Assembly: GCA_001792345.1 (NCBI GenBank)
Contig: MGGJ01000006.1
Coordinates: 22,656 to 86,655 of the forward strand
Direction of reading: 5' to 3'
Source of the DNA: Candidatus Woesebacteria bacterium RIFCSPHIGHO2_01_FULL_39_32
GTDB taxonomy: Bacteria; Patescibacteriota; Microgenomatia; UBA8517
Length of the DNA stretch: 64,000 bases
In this document: positions 55,994 to 64,000 of the stretch, in pieces
Position numbering within the stretch: the stretch's first letter is position 1
Layout of the letters: each line of letters opens with the position of its first letter
Position numbers and translations under genes: made by a program
The notes under the pieces: model-generated
The model's input: only the letters and a program-made list of their open reading frames with translations
The model's database searches: none
Told to the model about the DNA's origin: nothing

Positions 55994-58605
55994 TTAGCAC
56001 AGCCTTCTTCATAAACAAAAGAACTAGCTCCGCAGCTAGGACAGATGTCTCCGGCAATTCTTGGTATTTGAGTAGACGAAAGTGTTAGCTGATCTCCAAC
56101 TTTGACTGAGGTCAAGTTGGACTCAGCCAAAGCCGTTGTGTGGTCGTCACCCGAGCTGAACTCGGTTCCTGATTGCGCAGGATACTGCGCCGACATAACA
56201 GCTCCGGCTAAGTCCGACTGGACCCCAGATCCATTAGACATAGCGTGTGCACTTGCACTATTTCCATTTTGAAAGACTTCAGCAACCTTTCCATTCAAGG
56301 GAGATGTTAAAAATCCATTGACTCTCAATCCAAGATTTGTAGCCAGAGCCATTGCTATTGCATCTGGAAGCGAAAGAATTTTATTCGGCCCAAATCCTAC
56401 AGAGCGTCTTCCCCCAATCCCTTTCAGTTGATCAATAATTACTTCGGCTTTTTCTCTTGACGTCAAACTACTATGGAATTTGAGTGATTTGGAAATAACT
56501 CTACCCAAAGCCTCAGCCATTGCTTGAACATCACTCCCTGCTTTCCCGACATTAATAAAAACCTCTATCGGGCCACCTTTTGCATCATGATTGACTGTAA
56601 TAAAAGCAGTTCCAACAGGAGTTTTAATTTTATAAGTTGAACCCGAAACAACCATCGGCCTCTCCCAAACCTCCTCAAAAGTAACTTCTTTTCCCTGCTT
56701 TTTACCGTTTACTCCGAGGTTTAATACTTGTGCATCTTTACAGCCATCTCTAAAAACGGTAATACCTTTACAATCAGTCTTCCAAGCTAAAAGATATGCA
56801 TTTTTAATGTCATCCACCGTAACATTATTAGTCATATTAATGGTCTTACTTACAGCATTTTCTGTATATTTCTGAAATACGGCTTGATGTTTTATATGCC
56901 AATCATGGTGAATCTCATGTGCTGTACCGAAAATCTGCCTAACATCCTCCGGAATTTCATAAATATCTCTAACCACTCCATGTTCAGCAACCTTTTTCTT
57001 GATCTCTTCAGTTAAAAACCCGCGAGATTTTGCAATCTCTTCAAATTTGGGATTAAAGAAAGTTAGGGTTCTATCCAAATGTCTATCTTTAACAATGTGC
57101 TGAAATGCTATTGCAAAAATAGGCTCTACTCCAGAGCTTGCTCCGGCTATAATGGAAATTGAACCCGTAGGAGCAATCGTAGTAACTGTCGAATTCCGCC
57201 TGGGTTTTTCATCTTTGTAAATAGAGACCGGGAACATCGGGAAAGCCCCACGCTGCCTTGCCAGTTTCCTAGTTTCGATGATCGCTTCTTCCTGGATTAC
57301 CTTCATAATCTCCTCTCCGAGTGCGAGTGCTTCGTCAGAGTCAAAAGGAATCCCAAGGTAAATAAGCATATCCGCCCAACCACCTACCCCAAGTCCAATT
57401 CTCCTTATCGCCAAAGAGATTTTTCGTATCGCTCCCAATGGGTAAGGATTCATCTCAATCACGTTATCCAAAAATCTGACGCTTAATCTGGTTACCTTTC
57501 TTAACTTTTCCCAATCAACCTGCCTGACGGCAGGCAGGCCTCTATCATCCTGACCTTCTTTTACAAAATAAGTTAAGAATATGCTCCCTAAGTTACATGA
57601 ATCATACGGGTAAAGTGGCTGCTCCCCACAAGGATTAGTAGATTCAATTGGGCCAAGGGGTGGAACGGGATTTGCAGTTGATTTATTAATCCTATCGATA
57701 AACACAAGTCCCGGATCCCCCGTTCTCCAAGCGCCTTCCGCTATTTCATCAAAAACGCGCCGTGCATTAAGTTTTCCCACTGCCTTGCCATCACGAGGAT
57801 CAATTAGATCATAATCCGTGTCTTTTTCATAAGCCTCCATGAAGGCATCCGTAATGGTAACTGAAATATTGAAGTTTGTTATGCCGCCTTCTTCTTTACA
57901 ATGGATAAACTCCAATATGTCCGGATGGTCTACCCTCAAAATTCCCATGTTTGCCCCACGCCTTTTGCCTCCCTGTTTAATTTCGTTGGTTGCCGCATCA
58001 AATATTCGCATGAATGATACCGGTCCTGACGCAGTACCTTTACTGGATTTGACAACTGCTCCATGCGGTCTTAGTCGACTGAAGGCAAACCCCGTACCTC
58101 CACCCGTTTGATGAATTAGAGCCTGATGTTTTATGGCATCAAAAATTCCAACCAAAGAGTCTTCGACTGGGAGAACGAAGCATGCCGAGTATTGAAGGCC
58201 GTTCCCGGTTCCAGCATTCATTAAGGTTGGAGAGTTTGGTAAAAATTCATGGGTAATCAAAAGATTATAAAACTCCTTCGCACTTCTTAGTACGTCACGC
58301 TTTTTAGCTCCCCAACGGATTTCTGCTGAAGCTACGTCCCATGCTACACGCCAGCACATTTCTTCAGGAGTTTCGATAAGCTCCCCATCATCGTTTTTAC
58401 GCAAGTATCGCTCAGCTAGGACTTTTAGTGACTGCTCAGTCCAATCCCCCTTTGGTAGTCCTTTGGGAAGATGGGGTCTCTTGCCCAATTTTTTCCGAAT
58501 TTCATTTGTTACCTCCTCGTATGATGGAAAAAACAAACTATCAAGAGCTAGTTTTTCGTTATCGACGCTCTTTGAAGTTTTTCGATTTTTTAGTTTACTA
58601 GTCAT
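55963..58605 (-). CDS. nrdJ: Class II ribonucleotide reductase NrdJ paralogue without ATP-cone, with long C-terminal extension
   Basis: 'SACFVLPVEDSLVGIFD', 'TNPCGEQPL', C-terminal 'CPSCGA...CAKCFSCGYSEC'; overlaps the downstream nrdJ by 31 nt. Confidence 0.8.
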   Translation of the reverse strand: MTSKLKNRKTSKSVDNEKLALDSLFFPSYEEVTNEIRKKLGKRPHLPKGLPKGDWTEQSLKVLAERYLRKNDDGELIETPEEMCWRVAWDVASAEIRWGAKKRDVLRSAKEFYNLLITHEFLPNSPTLMNAGTGNGLQYSACFVLPVEDSLVGIFDAIKHQALIHQTGGGTGFAFSRLRPHGAVVKSSKGTASGPVSFMRIFDAATNEIKQGGKRRGANMGILRVDHPDILEFIHCKEEGGITNFNISVTITDAFMEAYEKDTDYDLIDPRDGKAVGKLNARRVFDEIAEGAWRTGDPGLVFIDRINKSTANPVPPLGPIESTNPCGEQPLYPYDSCNLGSIFLTYFVKEGQDDRGLPAVRQVDWEKLRKVTRLSVRFLDNVIEMNPYPLGAIRKISLAIRRIGLGVGGWADMLIYLGIPFDSDEALALGEEIMKVIQEEAIIETRKLARQRGAFPMFPVSIYKDEKPRRNSTVTTIAPTGSISIIAGASSGVEPIFAIAFQHIVKDRHLDRTLTFFNPKFEEIAKSRGFLTEEIKKKVAEHGVVRDIYEIPEDVRQIFGTAHEIHHDWHIKHQAVFQKYTENAVSKTINMTNNVTVDDIKNAYLLAWKTDCKGITVFRDGCKDAQVLNLGVNGKKQGKEVTFEEVWERPMVVSGSTYKIKTPVGTAFITVNHDAKGGPIEVFINVGKAGSDVQAMAEALGRVISKSLKFHSSLTSREKAEVIIDQLKGIGGRRSVGFGPNKILSLPDAIAMALATNLGLRVNGFLTSPLNGKVAEVFQNGNSASAHAMSNGSGVQSDLAGAVMSAQYPAQSGTEFSSGDDHTTALAESNLTSVKVGDQLTLSSTQIPRIAGDICPSCGASSFVYEEGCAKCFSCGYSEC

Positions 58606-59042
58606 GTTTTGATTGCTCTCGCAAAATCCTCAAGATCCGCGAATTCAAGATATACGCTTGCAAACCGGAGCCATGCAACCTTATCTATTTTTTTGAGCCT
58701 TTTTAAAACCGCACGTCCGACCGCTTTTGAGCTTACCTCTTCTTTTTGTTCCCGAAGCATCTCCCGTTCAACTCCCTCAACGATATCATCTACCAAATCC
58801 ATTGAAATGGGCCGCTTTTCAACCGCTCTAAGAATCCCTCTTTTTACTTTCTCTCTGTCAAAAGCTTCGCGTCTGCCATCCTTTTTGATCACCCACAATG
58901 CGTTTCCTCGAACTTTTTCAAATGTTGTAAAGCGCTTGCCACACTTATTGCACTTTCTTCTTCTTCGAATCTGCTCACCATTCTCGACAGTCCTGGATTC
59001 CAGCACCTGGGTATCTAAATTTCCACAAAAAGGACAACGCAT
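58602..59042 (-). CDS. nrdR: Transcriptional repressor NrdR
   Basis: Zinc ribbon 'MRCPFCGNLDTQVLESR...CNKCGKRFTTFE' followed by an ATP-cone. Confidence 0.85.
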   Translation of the reverse strand: MRCPFCGNLDTQVLESRTVENGEQIRRRRKCNKCGKRFTTFEKVRGNALWVIKKDGRREAFDREKVKRGILRAVEKRPISMDLVDDIVEGVEREMLREQKEEVSSKAVGRAVLKRLKKIDKVAWLRFASVYLEFADLEDFARAIKT

Positions 59043-59298
59043 ATTTCACAAGTGTAAAAGAAATTCACTATCCGTAGTGACAGTACACATATTTAAACAC
59101 TAGATATACAAAGTCAACTGGAAATATGTAGGTCAAAATATATCATCCCAGGCTTGGGACGAAGCTAGTTATTTTTACTCTTCCTTATAGCGTATAAGTA
59201 GTCAGAAGTTTTTGATAAATTGCTTGGAGTATTTTTGTATACCTTTATGTCGTACAAAAATAGTAATTCCCACAAAAGGTATACAAAAGGGTCTATTT

Positions 59299-59928
59299 TT
59301 ACCAAGCAAACGGATTTTCCGGCGCTGGTCTTCTCTTTTCCAAAAGTGCATTTCGGGATTCTTCATAGGCCCGTTTCGCATAATCCTGAGTTTGCCTGAT
59401 TGAAGGCCTTACTTCATCCGGCAAAGATGGAATTAAGTTTTCCATTACCTCGTAGTGTTTGAGGGAGGCCTTGGCTAATTGCTCCAAAAAGGCCGATGTG
59501 TCTATCCCATTCTCTCTATTTTGCTTTTCTTGCCACACTGCTTCCTCAAGATACTTTTCTGCCTTTGTTAAGGTGGAAAAACCTTTTTCTATCTCTCCTT
59601 TTTCAAATAAAATTTGTGCCATCCCTAATCGTTTATCAGCAAAAAGCAGTTTTAACTCAGCCTCCCTAGTAGAATTCGTAGTTATAAAAAGCCAAACCCT
59701 ATCACGAATTGCCTTCAATGGCCATAAAGGACTATCCGGAAGCACTCGTCCGGGATAAGGCAACGTATAATTTATACTCACCCCATTTTCCCCCGACACA
59801 TGTATATCGGCAACGCTAGCTGAATTATCAAATTCATACTTTACGGAAGCGACCCTAAAAAGCGATACAAAGAGGATCCCAATCGCAAAGCTTAGCCCGA
59901 TAATGGCTAAAAATAATTTAGGCCACAT
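59299..59928 (-). CDS. Hypothetical membrane-anchored protein
   Basis: N-terminal TM segment 'LFLAIIGLSFAIGILFVSLF'. Confidence 0.4.
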   Translation of the reverse strand: MWPKLFLAIIGLSFAIGILFVSLFRVASVKYEFDNSASVADIHVSGENGVSINYTLPYPGRVLPDSPLWPLKAIRDRVWLFITTNSTREAELKLLFADKRLGMAQILFEKGEIEKGFSTLTKAEKYLEEAVWQEKQNRENGIDTSAFLEQLAKASLKHYEVMENLIPSLPDEVRPSIRQTQDYAKRAYEESRNALLEKRRPAPENPFAW

Positions 59929-59973
59929 TGAAGTATTTAATAGTAAATCTGCCCAAGATCAAAGTCAAGAAAT

Positions 59974-60621
59974 TCATCTAAACAATACAATCGGCCAACT
60001 CCAAAGCACATGAAGAAGGACAGACGAAGCGACATTTTTTGTCTTTGCAAATACAAATGCGCTGCCTATACCGAAAATAACTGTTAAGAAAAGATAAATT
60101 ATAATTCCGCTAAGGTTCAACTCCCACCAAAAAATCGCAACAGGCACGTGTGTTAGTGCCCAGAAAAGACTGGTAATAATGTTTGCCTTCCACTCGTTGT
60201 CTAACACATGCCATATCCGATTAAATAAATATCCCCTAAAGGTAATCTCCTCTGAAATAGCCGTCACAAAAGAAAGCCCTAAAGCAAAAATGAATGAATT
60301 CTGTCCCAGATTTGCGGAAAAGTTGGCTTCATCGTATCTAATAAAATTAATAAGTGCTCCTTCGATGGCAAAGATGATTCCCAAAGCCAATGCAAAGTAG
60401 AGAGCTGGAAATAAGTTTTTCAAAGTAATTCCGAGGGAAGCGAGGGACCCTCTTTCTTTCCGAACAAAGTATGCCACAGGTACTAACCACAAAACCGGCT
60501 TAATTAGAAGTTCCTCCACCTCTTCAGGAAGTTTAAAAAGCATTCGATAGAATCCCCAAACGACCAAAAGATATGCAACTAGAATCGTCGAGTTTTTGAT
60601 TGCAGTTTCTTTATTAGGCAT
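59974..60621 (-). CDS. CPBP-family intramembrane metalloprotease (CAAX protease/Abi-like)
   Basis: 'ISEEITFRGYLF' (EExxxR) and 'FWALTHV' motifs. Confidence 0.7.
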   Translation of the reverse strand: MPNKETAIKNSTILVAYLLVVWGFYRMLFKLPEEVEELLIKPVLWLVPVAYFVRKERGSLASLGITLKNLFPALYFALALGIIFAIEGALINFIRYDEANFSANLGQNSFIFALGLSFVTAISEEITFRGYLFNRIWHVLDNEWKANIITSLFWALTHVPVAIFWWELNLSGIIIYLFLTVIFGIGSAFVFAKTKNVASSVLLHVLWSWPIVLFR

Positions 60622-61117
60622 CTGTTCTTTCTATTTTACACTCCTTGAATGCCAAATCCATAGTATCAAGAATTATATTTATACGCACTCGTGCTTCTTC
60701 AAAATTTATAGCATTTCTCTCATTCGGAAACCAATGAAAAAGAAGGTTTCTGGCTTTCTTCCAAGTTTCCCATAAAGTATCGGCAAGTTCACTCCCTTGA
60801 CAAAAAGAGACTAGTTTATCATATACTCCTTCTTTTTCTCTTAGATGGTTTTCTAGACTTGGATTAAGAGCTTTCCCTATCCTAAAGCGCTTACCGTTAA
60901 AATCTTCATCGCTTATGAATCCAAGATCGTGAAATAAAGTCTTTAAAAAACCCTCGTATGATTTCGCGGCTGGGAAAACAATAAAAGCATAATCATGGAA
61001 TTCTTGTTTTTCTTTTCTTTCAAAAATTTCTACCAGTAAGTAGGACTCCTGAAGAAGTTCCCTCAAGTCTTCATGAATATAAGTCCACCAAACGTGTTTT
61101 TCTAAATCTTTACTCAT
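60614..61117 (-). CDS. Hypothetical protein
   Basis: ORF overlapping the start of the CPBP gene by 8 nt. Confidence 0.35.
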   Translation of the reverse strand: MSKDLEKHVWWTYIHEDLRELLQESYLLVEIFERKEKQEFHDYAFIVFPAAKSYEGFLKTLFHDLGFISDEDFNGKRFRIGKALNPSLENHLREKEGVYDKLVSFCQGSELADTLWETWKKARNLLFHWFPNERNAINFEEARVRINIILDTMDLAFKECKIERTDA

Positions 61118-61199
61118 GTACTCCCATAGTAACAGAAATTGTAGTTTTTCCGCTACCCATTTTGGAATTACAAATACCGCAGCAGTATAATATCAAGAT

Positions 61200-63533
61200 A
61201 TGGCCAAGAAAACTAAAGAAATAAAGAAATTAAAAACCAGAAAATCAAAACCGATAAACTCCAAAACACAGATTCCGACAAAGATTAAACCCAATAAACG
61301 TTTTAGTTTAAAAGGATTATTTAGAAACGTAAGACTTCGGAAAAAAATAATTTTTTTTGGGACGCTTCTATCTGTTGCCTTATGGATTTTCTGGGGAATA
61401 CCCTTCCCTACGAAATTAGGTAGCCAGCAGGTTCCTGTTTCAACAAAACTTTTTGATAGAAAGGGTGTTCTTATTTATGAAATTTATGCTGACAAGCGCT
61501 CCACCCCCGTTGAACTTACGGATTTGCCAAACTATGTTTGGCAGTCAACAATTGCAATCGAAGACAAGGATTTCTATCGACACTACGGAGTTTCATTTAC
61601 AGGTGTCATGCGAGCCATCTATAAAACGGCAGTTGAACGCAAGCTTCAAGGAGGATCGACTTTAACCCAGCAACTTATTAAAAATACACTTCTGACGCCG
61701 GAAAGAACCCTTCGGAGAAAAATAAGAGAATTTGCCTTAACTCTTGTTGCTGAAACGATTTATTCCAAAAACCAAATTCTGGAGATGTATTTAAACCAAA
61801 TCCCCTACGGAGGTACTGCCTACGGAATCGGGGCCGCATCTGAACTTTATTTTGGAAAGAATGCAAAAGATTTAAGCTTGGCGGAAGCGTCCTTACTTTC
61901 TGGTTTACCCGTATCACCCTCCCGATACTCACCCTTCGGTTCAAGACCTGAACTTGCAAAAGAGCGGCAAAAATTAGTTTTACAGGCAATGATTGCAGAA
62001 GGATATATTAGTCAAGAAGAGGGGGATACCGCACTCCAAGAGGAATTGAAATTTGCCCCAGCCACGGATTTCAAAGCTCCACATTTTGCACTCTGGGTAA
62101 AAGAGGTATTGGCTGAAAAGTACGGGGAGGCCGTAGTCGAAAAAGGTGGTCTTCGAGTAACTACAACTCTCGATTTGGAACTTCAGGAGTTTAGTGAAAC
62201 GGCAGTTGCGACTGAGGTGGCAAAACTCAAAAAACTTGATGTAGGAAACGGAGCCGCAATAGTTACACGTCCGGCAACAGGTGAAATTCTTGCAATGGTC
62301 GGCTCAAAAGATTATTTTGCCGAAGACGAAGATGGAAAAGTTAACGTTATCTTAGCCGAGCGTCAACCCGGTTCTTCTATAAAACCTCTAAATTATGCAC
62401 TAGCAATCCGAGATAAAAAAATTACTGCATCTTCCGTCCTTGCAGATGTGCCGACGTGTTTTACCGTAGCAGGAACCTCCCTCTATTGTCCGAAAAACTA
62501 CGATGGAGGTTTCCATGGCGGTGTTCAGGCTCGGTTTGCGTTAGGTAATTCCTATAATATCCCAGCGGTCCGTGTTTTAGCATTAAACGGTATTGAAAAC
62601 TTTATCGACTTTGCTAAAGAAATGGGCATAACTACATGGAACGATCCATCAAAATACGGTCTATCTTTGACCTTAGGGGGTGGTGAAGTAAGACCTTATG
62701 ACATGGCAGAAGCCTTCGGAGTATTTGCAAATGGCGGTATTAGACAACCTTTAATTGCAATCCTTAAGGTTCAAGATTGGAAAGGAGAAGTTTTAGAGGA
62801 AGTCGATTTGGATAAAATCGAGCTTTCCGGAAAGAGAGTTTTGGAACCAGAAACAACATTTCTTATCTCTCACATCCTTCAGGACAACAATGCGCGCTCC
62901 GCTGCTTTTGGGGCAACAAGCTTCCTAAATGTCAAAAATCACCCGGAAGTTTCTGTAAAAACAGGAACAACAAACGAAAGAAAAGATAACTGGACAATAG
63001 GCTTTACACCTTACGCAGTTGTAGCTACTTGGGTCGGCAACAATGACAACTCCAAAATGTCCGGTGCAGTATCCGGAATATCCGGAGCTTCTCCTATTTG
63101 GAACACAATTATGCAGGAAATCTTAAACAAAGCGGAAGACGGTTTCTACAACGAAGACGAAGACGATCATGCATGGCCGGTGCAACCGAAGGGAATAGTT
63201 GGAGCAAGTGTTTGTGCAACAACAGGAGTTACTCCTAAAGAAGGTGACGGATGTCCAACACGCTTTGAGTATTTCCTGAAAGATACAGTTGCATCGGAAA
63301 TAAAGGGTGGATTCCAGGACGTTCACTATGACAAAAGAACAGGATTATTTATCAACGAAGAAACCCCACCCGAAGAAATTGAAGTTAGAGGACAAAATGT
63401 AATTTATGATCCATTGGGAACATTTCTTTGCCTCGACTGCCCAGTTGCTGCTTCCTCTCAGTCCGCAACTATAAAGTATCCGGTAATCATTGACAAAGAA
63501 TCCGACGGTGCGCAACAATCAGATAGTGAATAA
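61200..63533 (+). CDS. Class A penicillin-binding protein (bifunctional glycosyltransferase/transpeptidase, PBP1A-like)
   Basis: GT51 'AIEDKDFYRHYGV'; transpeptidase 'SSIKP' (SxxK), 'KTGTT'; N-terminal TM anchor. Confidence 0.85.
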   Translation: MAKKTKEIKKLKTRKSKPINSKTQIPTKIKPNKRFSLKGLFRNVRLRKKIIFFGTLLSVALWIFWGIPFPTKLGSQQVPVSTKLFDRKGVLIYEIYADKRSTPVELTDLPNYVWQSTIAIEDKDFYRHYGVSFTGVMRAIYKTAVERKLQGGSTLTQQLIKNTLLTPERTLRRKIREFALTLVAETIYSKNQILEMYLNQIPYGGTAYGIGAASELYFGKNAKDLSLAEASLLSGLPVSPSRYSPFGSRPELAKERQKLVLQAMIAEGYISQEEGDTALQEELKFAPATDFKAPHFALWVKEVLAEKYGEAVVEKGGLRVTTTLDLELQEFSETAVATEVAKLKKLDVGNGAAIVTRPATGEILAMVGSKDYFAEDEDGKVNVILAERQPGSSIKPLNYALAIRDKKITASSVLADVPTCFTVAGTSLYCPKNYDGGFHGGVQARFALGNSYNIPAVRVLALNGIENFIDFAKEMGITTWNDPSKYGLSLTLGGGEVRPYDMAEAFGVFANGGIRQPLIAILKVQDWKGEVLEEVDLDKIELSGKRVLEPETTFLISHILQDNNARSAAFGATSFLNVKNHPEVSVKTGTTNERKDNWTIGFTPYAVVATWVGNNDNSKMSGAVSGISGASPIWNTIMQEILNKAEDGFYNEDEDDHAWPVQPKGIVGASVCATTGVTPKEGDGCPTRFEYFLKDTVASEIKGGFQDVHYDKRTGLFINEETPPEEIEVRGQNVIYDPLGTFLCLDCPVAASSQSATIKYPVIIDKESDGAQQSDSE

Positions 63534-64000
63534 AAACCAAAAGGGTTTTGCTCATCTTTTTCTAGTTGTTGTAATTGTAATTATTGGATTAGGGTTCCTA
63601 ATTTATTACTCCTTGCAAAAGGGATTGATAAAAACTATACCATCTAACAAATTTTCCCTAACTCCAACTACGAGCATAGATGAAACTGCAGATTGGAAAA
63701 CTTATAGAAGTGAAAAATATGGGTTTGAGTTTAAATATCCGACTGACTGGCTAATAATACTACAGACTGATTTTTCTTTTGTTGTTTCAAATATGGATTT
63801 TGACCCCGCCCTCGAAGGAGCAACACCCCTACCAGGTCAGGTCTTTTTAAAATTTTATCTAACTCACGCCTCATTAGAAAATTACTCCTCGGTTAAAAAA
63901 AGCTACATTTCAACTGAAGGCGTGGAAGTCATCAAGCAAGGCAGATATATAGATCCAAGCGAATCAATTGGCATAATTTCCCTTTACCGCGCTGACGATC
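63526..64000 (+). CDS. Partial ORF (possible GTG start), membrane-anchored hypothetical protein; 3' end outside the window
   Basis: Open frame from a GTG overlapping the PBP stop; N-terminal hydrophobic 'FLVVVIVIIGLGFLIYY'. Confidence 0.3.
   Translation, partial: MNKNQKGFAHLFLVVVIVIIGLGFLIYYSLQKGLIKTIPSNKFSLTPTTSIDETADWKTYRSEKYGFEFKYPTDWLIILQTDFSFVVSNMDFDPALEGATPLPGQVFLKFYLTHASLENYSSVKKSYISTEGVEVIKQGRYIDPSESIGIISLYRADD

Noticed and set aside
59043-59110. Candidate NrdR boxes ('CACAAGTGT', 'ACACATATTTAAACACTAGATAT') upstream of nrdR
   Set aside because: Matches to the consensus as I recall it (acaCwAtATaTwGtgt) are poor and not in the expected tandem spacing.
1-64000. CRISPR arrays, rRNA genes, tmRNA, RNase P RNA
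   Set aside because: No regularly spaced direct repeats. No rRNA-like conserved blocks. No GGTTCGA-containing tRNA-like 3' domain outside the three tRNAs. No RNase P P4 consensus (AGGAAAGUCC...) seen.

Overview
This 64-kb window is AT-rich, densely packed and mostly minus-strand. It has many short hypothetical ORFs and stand-alone DNA-repair genes, which fits a reduced-genome, CPR/Patescibacteria-like bacterium; that is my inference, not a database result. Core genes I recognise by motif are listed below.

- **Toxin-antitoxin and stress:** BrnT/BrnA, Phd/YefM-RelE/ParE with a palindromic operator, and a Fic protein.
- **Redox/membrane neighbours:** DsbA-like thioredoxin, DUF3105-like protein and a membrane protein.
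- **DNA repair and maintenance:** Atl alkyltransferase-like, Fpg/MutM, a PHP-domain EndoQ-like protein, ATP-dependent DNA ligase, RecF and a stand-alone 5'-3' exonuclease.
- **Translation and housekeeping:** Pth, Pcm, NnrD, a CsaA-like tRNA-binding protein, and TrpRS fused to a YbaK-like domain.
- **Envelope and transport:** a Ca2+/cation antiporter plus a P-type ATPase, two GT4 glycosyltransferases, FtsH, an EamA transporter, a CPBP protease and PBP1A.
- **Nucleotide metabolism:** PduO adenosyltransferase, two tandem class II B12-dependent ribonucleotide reductases, and NrdR.

I found three tRNA genes by hand-folding: two divergent tRNA(CAU) and one tRNA-Ile(UAU). I found no rRNA and no CRISPR array.

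The most interesting unexplained content, in order:
1. A three-gene cluster at 15.2-19.3 kb. Its 667-aa protein has a PPAT/CoaD-like HxGH nucleotidyltransferase core inside an otherwise unknown architecture. It sits next to a 459-aa protein with a C-terminal OmpR-type winged helix.
2. A GGGATTT-rich inverted-repeat element that flanks a four-helix-bundle gene and recurs in-frame inside other ORFs.
3. In-frame microsatellite-like insertions in essential genes.
4. A tRNA-, recombinase- and VirD4-like-ATPase-containing segment at 45.9-53.1 kb that may be an integrated or conjugative-like element.

Every functional call rests on motifs I can see in the translations. I ran no searches.
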